NCBI GenBank assembly: GCA_964550975.1
Contig: CAZKAY010000006.1
Location: forward strand, 1 to 37,437
DNA: 37,437 nucleotides
Reading direction: 5' to 3'
From: an uncultured Thermoproteales archaeon
GTDB lineage: Archaea > Thermoproteota > Thermoprotei > Thermofilales > B9-G17
Position 1 is the stretch's first letter; each line of letters opens with the position of its first letter. The translations under genes were made by a program, and so were the position numbers. Shown here one piece after another: positions 17,125 to 25,521 of this stretch. Below the pieces are notes generated by a model. It saw only the letters and a program-made list of their open reading frames with translations. It searched no databases and was not told where the DNA came from.

Positions 17125-17834
17125 AATTGAAGATGTATATTTTAGCAGCAGTTGATACAGAGCCTCTACTAGACCCATTTATACCTATACATGGTCTATC
17201 CATATCAATACTATTAATAGATATGGGTATAAATATTCTCTACAATGTTGGCCCGGATATGCATATCCTTCTAAGAAATCTTAGATTGGGTGGACTTTCG
17301 CTTAAAATTTTTAACTATATAGTTATATCAAGATGGCTTAACCCATTTTCAGGCGCCCTAAATATGGTTCTCAGAAAAATAAGATTACAGGATACGAAGG
17401 TAATAGTCCCACCTCCACGGAAAAGGGTTAATAAAAAACTAATTATTGTAGGAGATGATGGAATAAAAATAAATAAATACATCTATATCTCTCCTCCATT
17501 CGGATTACCTAATAAAGAGATAGGATTAATAGTTGATCTTGGAGATAGAGGCTTACTTCTATTTCTAGGATGTTCACATATAGGTATCGTAGAATCTGTT
17601 GAGAAAATATTAAAATTTATTGGGAGAAGAGATATTTATGGTATAATTGGAGGACTACATTTATCCTATTATGATGAGCTTACGTTCGAGGAATTGGAGA
17701 AAAAAATTCCAGAATGGGGCTTAAAATTCATGATACCATTATATTGTACCGGATCTAGGGCCAGAATAAGATTACTTGATGTTATAGGCTCAGATATATC
17801 ATTTACAGGTGTTGGCACATATGTCTATATATAA
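17121..17834 (+). CDS. Metallo-beta-lactamase-fold protein (COG1237-like) with degenerate metal site
   Basis: HGLS, GCSHIGI, IIGGLHL retained; HxHxDH replaced by SRWLNPF; PxHCTG is PLYCTG. Confidence 0.75.
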   Translation: MKLKMYILAAVDTEPLLDPFIPIHGLSISILLIDMGINILYNVGPDMHILLRNLRLGGLSLKIFNYIVISRWLNPFSGALNMVLRKIRLQDTKVIVPPPRKRVNKKLIIVGDDGIKINKYIYISPPFGLPNKEIGLIVDLGDRGLLLFLGCSHIGIVESVEKILKFIGRRDIYGIIGGLHLSYYDELTFEELEKKIPEWGLKFMIPLYCTGSRARIRLLDVIGSDISFTGVGTYVYI

Positions 17835-18981
17835 TGAAAATATTCTATCTTTGCTGGTACTTATCGGATGCCTATATATAGTTCTATATTTTATAAAGAA
17901 AACTTATGGTGAGAGACTTGAGGCTAAAGGTATATTTATAGATAATTTAACCATAATGTTTAAGACGGCTAAAATAAATGGATTTATTGAAAAGCTAGCC
18001 AATCGTGGAACGCGTTTCTGGAAAATTTTTTCTACAATAGGTATTTTTATTGGAATATATCTCATGATACTAGGAACATATTTTCTTCACATAAATATAC
18101 TAAAATTTTTATATGTAAAAGAGGAGGCGGCACCAATTGTACCGGTTATTCCATTCATAACTTTAGGTATAGAGGAACTTCCATTCCTAATAATATCATT
18201 CATAATTACACTTATATTTCATGAGTTTGCTCATGGGGTTATAGCTATATCTGAAAAAATTCCAGTAAAATCTTCTGGAATATTCTTCTTCATACTATTC
18301 TTAGGAGGTTTTATAGAGCCCGATGAAAACATATTAAATAAGAGAAAACTATTATCTAAACTGAGGGTATATTCTGCAGGATCCTTTTCAAACTATATAA
18401 TTGGTTTACTTTTTTCACTATTATTAGCAACATTTTTTACACAATCAAACGGAATATTAGTTATGGACGTTATGCAGAACTATCCTGCATATCATTATCT
18501 TAAGCGTTTTGATGTAATTATAGAGATAAATGGGACAAATATTAAAAATGTAGACGATCTATCGTTATTTATGAATAATACAAAGCCCGGGCAATATGTA
18601 AATGTTAAAATAATTAGAGATGGTAGTGAATTAAACTATGTTTTTAAACTTGGTGAAAGAGATGGTAGAGGATTAATAGGAATAACTGTTTCAAATAATT
18701 TTGATATGATTATACCGCTATCTAAACCAATAGTATATAGTATTTATAAAATCTTTTTATGGATAGCTGTAGTAAACACGAGTGTAGCCGTAATAAACAT
18801 GCTACCTATAGCGGTATTCGATGGAGGATTATCATTTTCCGCTGTTATCGATAAATATATTGGTAAAAGAAGGTTAAGAAATATATTGAAGACAGGATTA
18901 TCAGTCTACTTTATAGCAATTTTGCTGGTAAACATATTATTTACATTCATATATAAAAAATATTGGTGGATTTGGCCATGA
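17821..18981 (+). CDS. Site-2 protease (peptidase M50) with PDZ domain
   Basis: HEFAH, GGFIEPD, SAGSFSN, PDZ-like insert (DVIIEING), NMLPIAVFDGG. The ATG at 17821 is the likely start. Confidence 0.93.
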   Translation: MSIYNENILSLLVLIGCLYIVLYFIKKTYGERLEAKGIFIDNLTIMFKTAKINGFIEKLANRGTRFWKIFSTIGIFIGIYLMILGTYFLHINILKFLYVKEEAAPIVPVIPFITLGIEELPFLIISFIITLIFHEFAHGVIAISEKIPVKSSGIFFFILFLGGFIEPDENILNKRKLLSKLRVYSAGSFSNYIIGLLFSLLLATFFTQSNGILVMDVMQNYPAYHYLKRFDVIIEINGTNIKNVDDLSLFMNNTKPGQYVNVKIIRDGSELNYVFKLGERDGRGLIGITVSNNFDMIIPLSKPIVYSIYKIFLWIAVVNTSVAVINMLPIAVFDGGLSFSAVIDKYIGKRRLRNILKTGLSVYFIAILLVNILFTFIYKKYWWIWP

Positions 18982-19427
18982 AAAATATAGAAATATGTAT
19001 AGTATTCATTATACCAATAATAACGTTTATTTTAAGTATATATGTGTATTATACACCCCTTAAATATTCTATAGAAAACTACTTAAGTATATATCCTATA
19101 CCAAGGGTCTTTCCATGGTATCCTTTCTGGAGAATGGCTTTAATATTCTTTTTAGCATGGATTATAGTATTATTTTTTTATCTACTTGATATATTATTTT
19201 TAAAATATGATTTACTGATACTTGGAATATTTTTTTCAATTCTTCATTATCTATCGATAATAAATTATAATGTAAGAATATATCCTCTATTTTTCCTTGT
19301 TATACATAAATATGGCGGAGACCTTCACGTAGATTTGGGGCAAATAATATTAATACTTTCTACATTACCATTTATCTCTGGTCGTTTTAAGAAGAGAGTA
19401 AAGAAAAAGACAGATGAAAAAAGTTAG
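18978..19427 (+). CDS. Hypothetical membrane protein (about 4 TM)
   Basis: ATGA overlap with the S2P stop at 18978; hydrophobic segments, LDxGQ-like VDLGQ, basic tail. Confidence 0.7.
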   Translation: MKNIEICIVFIIPIITFILSIYVYYTPLKYSIENYLSIYPIPRVFPWYPFWRMALIFFLAWIIVLFFYLLDILFLKYDLLILGIFFSILHYLSIINYNVRIYPLFFLVIHKYGGDLHVDLGQIILILSTLPFISGRFKKRVKKKTDEKS

Positions 19428-20776
19428 CGTAAAAATTCTTCTTCATATTTCTTTAGATAATCTGCAGATCTCTTTAAGTCAACGAAAAGTTCCTTTACAT
19501 GATTTATATCTTCTGGGTTAATCCTGTCTCTTCCCTTAGATTTAGCTATTATAGATGCTGGTGTTAGCAATTGTACAGCATATCTTAAGCTGTACTTTAC
19601 ACCGATATCGGTAAGGTTTTCTAGTCCTTCTTCGCTTAGATTAACCTTCTCTTCCTTAGCCCTAATCTTTAATATCTCCTTTATTTCATCTCTATTATAA
19701 GGTTTAGTCTCTATAATTAACAATCTATCTAGAAGGTCTAATGGCAATCCATGTGGAGAAACTATATCTGTGCCTCGGATCTTAGTAAATCCTCTATTGC
19801 TTGCCAATATTATTATTGGAGATAATTCTCCTTCCATTGCTCTTGATAGGAAGCTTAATGCTTCAATATCTAACATATGTACATCATCTATAAATAATAC
19901 ACCTGGTATTATTTGAGCGGTACCTTCATCAACCCATTTCTTTACAGTTTCATCTACTCGCTGTCTAATCTCAGGTGAAATTTCTTTTTCTTCTCTAGCA
20001 CCAAATATTAAGCTAACTAATCCACTACTTCTTGCCTGCATAGTATCTAAGTCATGTAAGGTAACTGTATATATGAATTCTTTTTCCTTAGCTATGGGTC
20101 CAGAGGGGATAGGTATTTTTCTAGATACACCGATATCATACTTAGTACCCTTCTCATCCGAAACGCCTATCTTAGTTACTCTACCAGTCTCAGCATCAAT
20201 CCATATAATATCTCCAACATTAACTCCTCTGCCTATTAACTGGGATGTAATCGTTTCGTCAACACTGAATGTTTTTTCCTCATCCTTAGTTTTCAATGTA
20301 ATTTTTGCTCCGACAGGAATCTGTTGATAGGGATTATATGGATGTTTATCGTACTCTATCTTTAAGTCGACTACTTGGCCTTCGTAAACCTTTCTGAATT
20401 CTCTAATTCTAACACCGATGGATTTCCTCATTGCTTGCATTAATACTTCTGTCTTTTTCATTTCCGCCGAATATATCTCGGAGCCAGAAAGTATCATGAA
20501 GGGGGTTTCCTCACCTAGTTCTCTGGCAATAGCTATTGCTAAAGCCGTTTTTCCGGTTCCAGGAGGGCCAGCCAATAACACTGCTCTACCAGCCATTCTT
20601 CCACTTTTAATCATTTCTACGACTATGCCAGCTGCTTCTCTTGCCTGCATTTGGCCGACAAATCCGTCTGCGACCATTAATGGTTTACCGTCTTTTAAGC
20701 CTAGACCCTTTATATGACTATGAGTACCTATTCTTTCAAACCGTAAAACACTTTTTTCAGGAACTATGTGAGACAT
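19424..20776 (-). CDS. TIP49/RuvB-like AAA+ ATPase (RUVBL1/2 homolog)
   Basis: HSHIKGLGL, GPPGTGKT, GSEIYSAE, VTLHDLD, PGVLFIDDVHMLDIE, SNRG, PHGLPLDLLDRL, SLRYA. Confidence 0.96.
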   Translation of the reverse strand: MSHIVPEKSVLRFERIGTHSHIKGLGLKDGKPLMVADGFVGQMQAREAAGIVVEMIKSGRMAGRAVLLAGPPGTGKTALAIAIARELGEETPFMILSGSEIYSAEMKKTEVLMQAMRKSIGVRIREFRKVYEGQVVDLKIEYDKHPYNPYQQIPVGAKITLKTKDEEKTFSVDETITSQLIGRGVNVGDIIWIDAETGRVTKIGVSDEKGTKYDIGVSRKIPIPSGPIAKEKEFIYTVTLHDLDTMQARSSGLVSLIFGAREEKEISPEIRQRVDETVKKWVDEGTAQIIPGVLFIDDVHMLDIEALSFLSRAMEGELSPIIILASNRGFTKIRGTDIVSPHGLPLDLLDRLLIIETKPYNRDEIKEILKIRAKEEKVNLSEEGLENLTDIGVKYSLRYAVQLLTPASIIAKSKGRDRINPEDINHVKELFVDLKRSADYLKKYEEEFLR

Positions 20777-20860
20777 ATCATCACCTTAGTGTGATGATAA
20801 CGAGGAAATTCAGATTTATAAAATATATTGAATATAGATATATTTTTCGATTATTGAGGT

Positions 20861-21619
20861 CTATGCACTACTTTTCTCCTTTTTCTCTATTAATGCCCCG
20901 CAGAATGGGCAGTGAATACTTTTACTCGGAACTCTTGATCCACATATGGGGCATTTAGAGACCTCGAAGCGAGATATTATCATTTCACTCTCTAGTTCAT
21001 CATAAAACTCATTTAAACTATTTCTAACAGCCGATAATACTGGAAATATATATGCTATAAGAAATATCAGCAAGACATATATTGGAAGTAAAATTAATAT
21101 TGGATTGGTAGAAAATGGTTTTGGTATGTCAAGTTTTTCTACAACTATTTTTAAATATGGTGTTGATTGGATATATAGTAGGGTGATTCCTAGGGATACT
21201 ATGCTTATTAATCTTCTAATAAGCTTATTTTCACGTGAAAGAAGATTATAGAATGTTACAGCTCGTTTATATTTCCTATATTCTATACTTCCTTCACCTT
21301 TATTTAATGTCTTTATTGTAAAGGATAGTATTCTGATCGAATCCCATATCATGAAACCTATACGCGAGAAAGAAATGTATATTAATATTAATATCATCGG
21401 TATCTGTACATATCCCATTATATTTTCTACATTTATATTTCCTATGAAATAGGTCTTTAAAACAATAGGAATAATAAATATAATTACAAGCGTGGCTATA
21501 ACTGTAATTAAGGAATCAAGCATATCTGAATAAGCGGCTTTTCTATTTCGAATAATGGCATCGAGTAATGTTAATGTTCTTTCTTCTTTACTTAATGTTT
21601 CAGCAGTTTTGTTGGACAA
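20861..21619 (-). CDS. Membrane protein (about 4 TM) with C-terminal zinc ribbon
   Basis: Hydrophobic segments; CPICGSRVPSKSIHCPFCG; GGAGG RBS before the TTG start. Confidence 0.75.
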   Translation of the reverse strand: MSNKTAETLSKEERTLTLLDAIIRNRKAAYSDMLDSLITVIATLVIIFIIPIVLKTYFIGNINVENIMGYVQIPMILILIYISFSRIGFMIWDSIRILSFTIKTLNKGEGSIEYRKYKRAVTFYNLLSRENKLIRRLISIVSLGITLLYIQSTPYLKIVVEKLDIPKPFSTNPILILLPIYVLLIFLIAYIFPVLSAVRNSLNEFYDELESEMIISRFEVSKCPICGSRVPSKSIHCPFCGALIEKKEKSSA

Positions 21620-21657
21620 GCATATCCTCCAGATAACCTTATCAATATATTATGTTC

Positions 21658-22626
21658 TCATCCATATAAATATCTTGATATTTTCTCTTTAATAAAGCCT
21701 AAAGCCATAAATGTGTAAAATATGAGATCTATAAATGGATATATCAGCATTCTTCTCCATATTTTTCTTCTAAGATATCCGAACATAAATACTATATATG
21801 GAGCTAATAATAATAAAATTGATCCAATGTAATTAAAGTATATTGTTATAAAGATGAGGGGTATATATAGAAACATGTAAATATATATTAGGATAGACCC
21901 ATATAAAGCCAATGGAGAATTTCTATATTTTCTTAAAAAGATATAATGTCCTCTTCCATAATTGTAGGCACGCTTTAAAAGTTTAGATAAACTTTTTGTA
22001 TGAAAGTGCTCTACACATATTTTTGGAGAGACCTTTACCCTATATCCTCTTAATAATATTCTCCATAAAAGTTCTGTTTCTTCATATCCTCCCCTAAAAT
22101 TTTCATCGAAAAACAATTTGTTTTCAAATATTTTTTTTCTAATAGATAGATTGTTTGAATTTGGGGGTCTTATCAGATGAAAATTATCTATTTTTACCTC
22201 CATTTCATGGCTATATATTGGCATCATAGGCCATAAAGCATCGTTATAATAATCCGCAATAATATTTCCTCTTAACTCCTTTGCAGTATATACAGATCCA
22301 CCAACTACATGTATTTCCGGATTCTTTTTAAAAAATGTATAAATATTTTTGAGCCAATCTTTCTCCACTCGACAATCCCCGTCTGTAAACGCTATAATTT
22401 CCCCCTTAGCATTATTTATACCAATATTTCTAGCCAGATTTGCTCCTAAAGGTGGACATTTTATAATTTTTACAAAATTATATTGAGATGCTATTATAGG
22501 CGTATTGTCTATTGAGCTATCAACTATGACTACTTCAAAATCCTTAAAACTTTGTATCTTAAGCGAATCCAATAAATATTTTATAGTAGATGAGTTATTT
22601 CTTGTTGGTATAACTATGCTAATCAT
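21658..22626 (-). CDS. Glycosyltransferase family 2 with C-terminal TM helices
   Basis: ISIVIPT, EVVIVD, ARNIG, FTDGDC, FDENF.GYEETEL. Confidence 0.92.
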   Translation of the reverse strand: MISIVIPTRNNSSTIKYLLDSLKIQSFKDFEVVIVDSSIDNTPIIASQYNFVKIIKCPPLGANLARNIGINNAKGEIIAFTDGDCRVEKDWLKNIYTFFKKNPEIHVVGGSVYTAKELRGNIIADYYNDALWPMMPIYSHEMEVKIDNFHLIRPPNSNNLSIRKKIFENKLFFDENFRGGYEETELLWRILLRGYRVKVSPKICVEHFHTKSLSKLLKRAYNYGRGHYIFLRKYRNSPLALYGSILIYIYMFLYIPLIFITIYFNYIGSILLLLAPYIVFMFGYLRRKIWRRMLIYPFIDLIFYTFMALGFIKEKISRYLYG

Positions 22627-22716
22627 TTAAATCACTACATTATATAGGAAAAATTATTTAATTTATTTAATTTTCAAATATGATTGAAGTTAAATATAGA
22701 GTATTGAGGGAGGCGT

Positions 22717-23706
22717 GTGTTTTTAAGTGTCGTTATACCTGTAAAGAATGGAGAAAAATATATTGGTAAACTTTTAGATAAATTAATCGAACAAACTTAT
22801 AAAAACTATGAGATAATAGTTGTAAATGACGGATCCAATGATAATACCTCAAATATTTTAAAGAAATATTCTTCAGTAAAAGTATATCATAATGATAGAA
22901 GTATGGGTGCAAATTTTTCCAGGAATCTTGGGTTTAATAAGAGTAAAGGAGAGATTATAGTATTTACTGATGTAGATTGTAGTGTAGAGAGGGATTGGTT
23001 AGAGAAAATAGTTTCAATATTCATGGAGAAAGATGTAGATGCGGTTGCTGGACAAGTTTTTGCAGAGAATAGGGATAGATTTTTAGCCAGGTTTTTAGAA
23101 TCATCTATACTTACACCTGCTCCAAAGTATAAAAAAGACATAATTTTATCTGAGGATTTCAAACCAAGAATATTTATCGCTACTGCGAATTTTGCTGTGA
23201 AAAGAGAAACACTTTTAAATTTGAATGGATTTGACCCTATATTTAAACACTATGGGAGTGATGATATGGATTTCGCCTATAGATTACTGCGTAGTGGTGG
23301 AAAAATATATTGTTCATCTAAGATAAAAGTATATCATCATCATCGAACTTCACTTCTTAAAATTCTGAAGAGATACTATGAATATGGAAAGGGGTTTACA
23401 ATATTTAAGAGAAAGCACCCTGAAAGCATTTTCAGCATTTTAACAACAATATTTACCTCATTACTCTATATATTTACAGCATTAATACCGGTATCTCTCT
23501 TCATAAATCTAGGAAATATTTATTTAAACAGCTTTATTTATTTTCTAGCATCTTTACCTTTCTTAACCCCCCTTCTTTATCATTTCTACTTTTTAATTAA
23601 AAAGGGAAATCTGGAGAGAATACTCTATATACCATTAGATATATTAGTCATTTACTTTACAGCAATAGGGATCTTAGTATCCTTTATACAAGGAGAAGGG
23701 AGATAA
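22717..23706 (+). CDS. Glycosyltransferase family 2 with C-terminal TM helices
   Basis: SVVIPV, VVNDGSND, SRNLG, FTDVDC, GFD...SDDMDF; GGAGG RBS before the GTG start. Confidence 0.92.
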   Translation: MFLSVVIPVKNGEKYIGKLLDKLIEQTYKNYEIIVVNDGSNDNTSNILKKYSSVKVYHNDRSMGANFSRNLGFNKSKGEIIVFTDVDCSVERDWLEKIVSIFMEKDVDAVAGQVFAENRDRFLARFLESSILTPAPKYKKDIILSEDFKPRIFIATANFAVKRETLLNLNGFDPIFKHYGSDDMDFAYRLLRSGGKIYCSSKIKVYHHHRTSLLKILKRYYEYGKGFTIFKRKHPESIFSILTTIFTSLLYIFTALIPVSLFINLGNIYLNSFIYFLASLPFLTPLLYHFYFLIKKGNLERILYIPLDILVIYFTAIGILVSFIQGEGR

Positions 23707-23853
23707 TCAATAAGACTTACCATACATAATTATTTTCTTTCTATATGAGATTAAAGCTATGCTATTCAAATTTAATAAAAAGACAAGCATTGGTTAAAAT
23801 AGTTTTCACAATTGACATAAAATTCATATATTACAAAGAATATATATCATTTA

Positions 23854-23936
23854 GCCCCGGTAGCTTAGTGGTAGAGCGGCGGCCTCGTATGCTTCGGGAA
23901 AGCCGTTGATCGCGGGTTCAAATCCCGCCCGGGGCT
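23854..23936 (+). tRNA. tRNA-Thr(CGU) with 11-nt intron at position 37/38 (23890-23900)
   Basis: Acceptor GCCCCGG/CCGGGGC, D-arm GCTT/GAGC, anticodon stem GCGGC/GCCGT with loop CT-CGT-A^A, T-arm GCGGG-TTCAAAT-CCCGC, discriminator U; CCA not encoded. Confidence 0.95.
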
Positions 23937-23946
23937 TGGTGATATC

Positions 23947-24162
23947 ATGGTTAAAGATTGGAGAAAATTTATTCCACTCATAAATATAATCCTGCTCTCA
24001 ATATTAATAGTATATATTTTCCTCTTCTTTCTACCCAGATATGAGGGATTAGAAGGATATTGGAGTTTAAGGGCCGTCTCAATTTTTTCTATAGTCTTGC
24101 TTGCAATTGCGGTGTTTATAAGCATACTTCTATATTGGTTTAATATTGGCGAAAGAGATTAA
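23947..24162 (+). CDS. Small two-TM membrane protein
   Basis: GGTGA RBS directly after the tRNA 3' end; two hydrophobic helices. Confidence 0.65.
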   Translation: MVKDWRKFIPLINIILLSILIVYIFLFFLPRYEGLEGYWSLRAVSIFSIVLLAIAVFISILLYWFNIGERD

Positions 24163-25451
24163 GGATAGACTCTTCTTATCGTTCTTGGAAATGGTATGGC
24201 ATCTATAATAGACTGTAACCCACAAATCCACCATACAAGTCTATCTACACCTAGACCGAAACCACTATGAGGCACACTTCCATATCTACGTAAATCTATA
24301 TACCATTCGTAATCACTTGGATTTAAACCGAATTTCTTTATTTTTTGAATTAGTTCATTTTCTCTTTCTATCCTCTCTCCTCCACCTACTATTTCGCCAT
24401 ATCCTTCTGGCGCTAGAAGATCTACGGATAGAGTTACCTCAGGCCTATTAGGATCATTTTTATGATAAAATGCCTTTACCTTTTCCGGATAATTGTATAC
24501 AAATATAGGTTTATCAAAATCTTTTGTTAATGTGTATTCCTCATCTGCGCCTAAGTCTTCACCCCACTCCATATAAACACCTTTTTTTTCTAATATTTTA
24601 AGGGCCTCATCATAAGTTATCTTATAGAATGGTGGCTTAATATTTTCCAGCAAATCTATCTTTCTACCAAGTATTTCTAACTCTTCTCTATTCTTCTCAA
24701 GAACTTTTCTAACTATATATGTGATAAGCTTTTCCTCGAAGTCGATTATATCTTTCATCCTATACCATGCTATTTCTGCTTCTGTATGCCAGAACTCCGT
24801 TAGATGCCTCCTTGTACGAGATTTCTCAGCCCTAAAGGATGGTGCAACTGTATATACTTTTTCTAGAGAGAAAATTAAGGCTTCAAGATAGAATTGGGAT
24901 GATTGTGTTAAATATACATTTCCCTTTTCAAAATATTTTAGGCTAAATAGAGTAGCACCTCCCTCTACTGCTACATTTATAAACATTGGTGCCTGGACTT
25001 CGTAAAAACCATTAGATCTAAAAAATTCATGTATTGCCCCGAAGATAGTACTTCTAATTTTTAATATGGCAGCCATTTTTCTACTTCTAATCCATAGATG
25101 TCTGACATCTAATAAAAATTCTCTTGAAAAATTCTTCGTTATTGGAAAATTATTTGAAGTACCCACAACCCTTATATTATTAATATTTAATTCATATCCG
25201 CCTGGAGCACGTTTATCCTCCCTTAAAATACCTATAGCTTCAATAGAAGCTTCTATGGAAATATTTTTTAAAATATCATCGCTTATCGTTTTTTTAACTA
25301 ATACTCCCTGAATTATCCCACTTGAGTCTCGAATTAAGATAAATATTTTATCTTTAAATTCCCTCTTTCTATAGATCCAGCCTCTAACTCTATATCTTTC
25401 TCCAACAATTCCATTCTTAAATATATTTTCTATGCTAGTATATTCAATAAT
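24159..25451 (-). CDS. asnS: Asparagine--tRNA ligase (the true gene extends well upstream of the ORF-track start)
   Basis: RHLWIRS, EGGATLF, YLTQSSQFYLE, FRAEKSRTRRHLTEFW, GEIVGGGER, PHSGFGLGVDR. The frame stays open upstream of 25166 through the anticodon-binding OB fold (VRGWIYRKR...FILIRDSSGIIQ...APGGYEL) to a stop at 25470-25472. Confidence 0.95.
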   Translation of the reverse strand: MIEYTSIENIFKNGIVGERYRVRGWIYRKREFKDKIFILIRDSSGIIQGVLVKKTISDDILKNISIEASIEAIGILREDKRAPGGYELNINNIRVVGTSNNFPITKNFSREFLLDVRHLWIRSRKMAAILKIRSTIFGAIHEFFRSNGFYEVQAPMFINVAVEGGATLFSLKYFEKGNVYLTQSSQFYLEALIFSLEKVYTVAPSFRAEKSRTRRHLTEFWHTEAEIAWYRMKDIIDFEEKLITYIVRKVLEKNREELEILGRKIDLLENIKPPFYKITYDEALKILEKKGVYMEWGEDLGADEEYTLTKDFDKPIFVYNYPEKVKAFYHKNDPNRPEVTLSVDLLAPEGYGEIVGGGERIERENELIQKIKKFGLNPSDYEWYIDLRRYGSVPHSGFGLGVDRLVWWICGLQSIIDAIPFPRTIRRVYP

Positions 25452-25521
25452 AGTTCCCCCAGTTAATATTTATAAACTCTACTTTAAATATCAAAAAGTT
25501 ACTAATATATTTTTTATAATA

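Noticed and set aside
20073-20958. Three plus-strand ORFs
   Set aside because: Antisense to TIP49 and the neighbouring gene; no recognisable features.
21658-23936. Possible tRNA-anchored genomic island carrying the GT2 pair
   Set aside because: No integrase, no duplicated tRNA half (att site) seen in the window, and no evident compositional shift.
23865-24125. 86-aa minus-strand ORF
   Set aside because: Antisense to the tRNA and the small membrane gene.
24159-25166. Truncated AsnRS lacking the anticodon domain (AsnRS2/asparagine-synthetase-like) or pseudogene
   Set aside because: The OB-fold domain is present in frame upstream with no stop; only the start codon is atypical.
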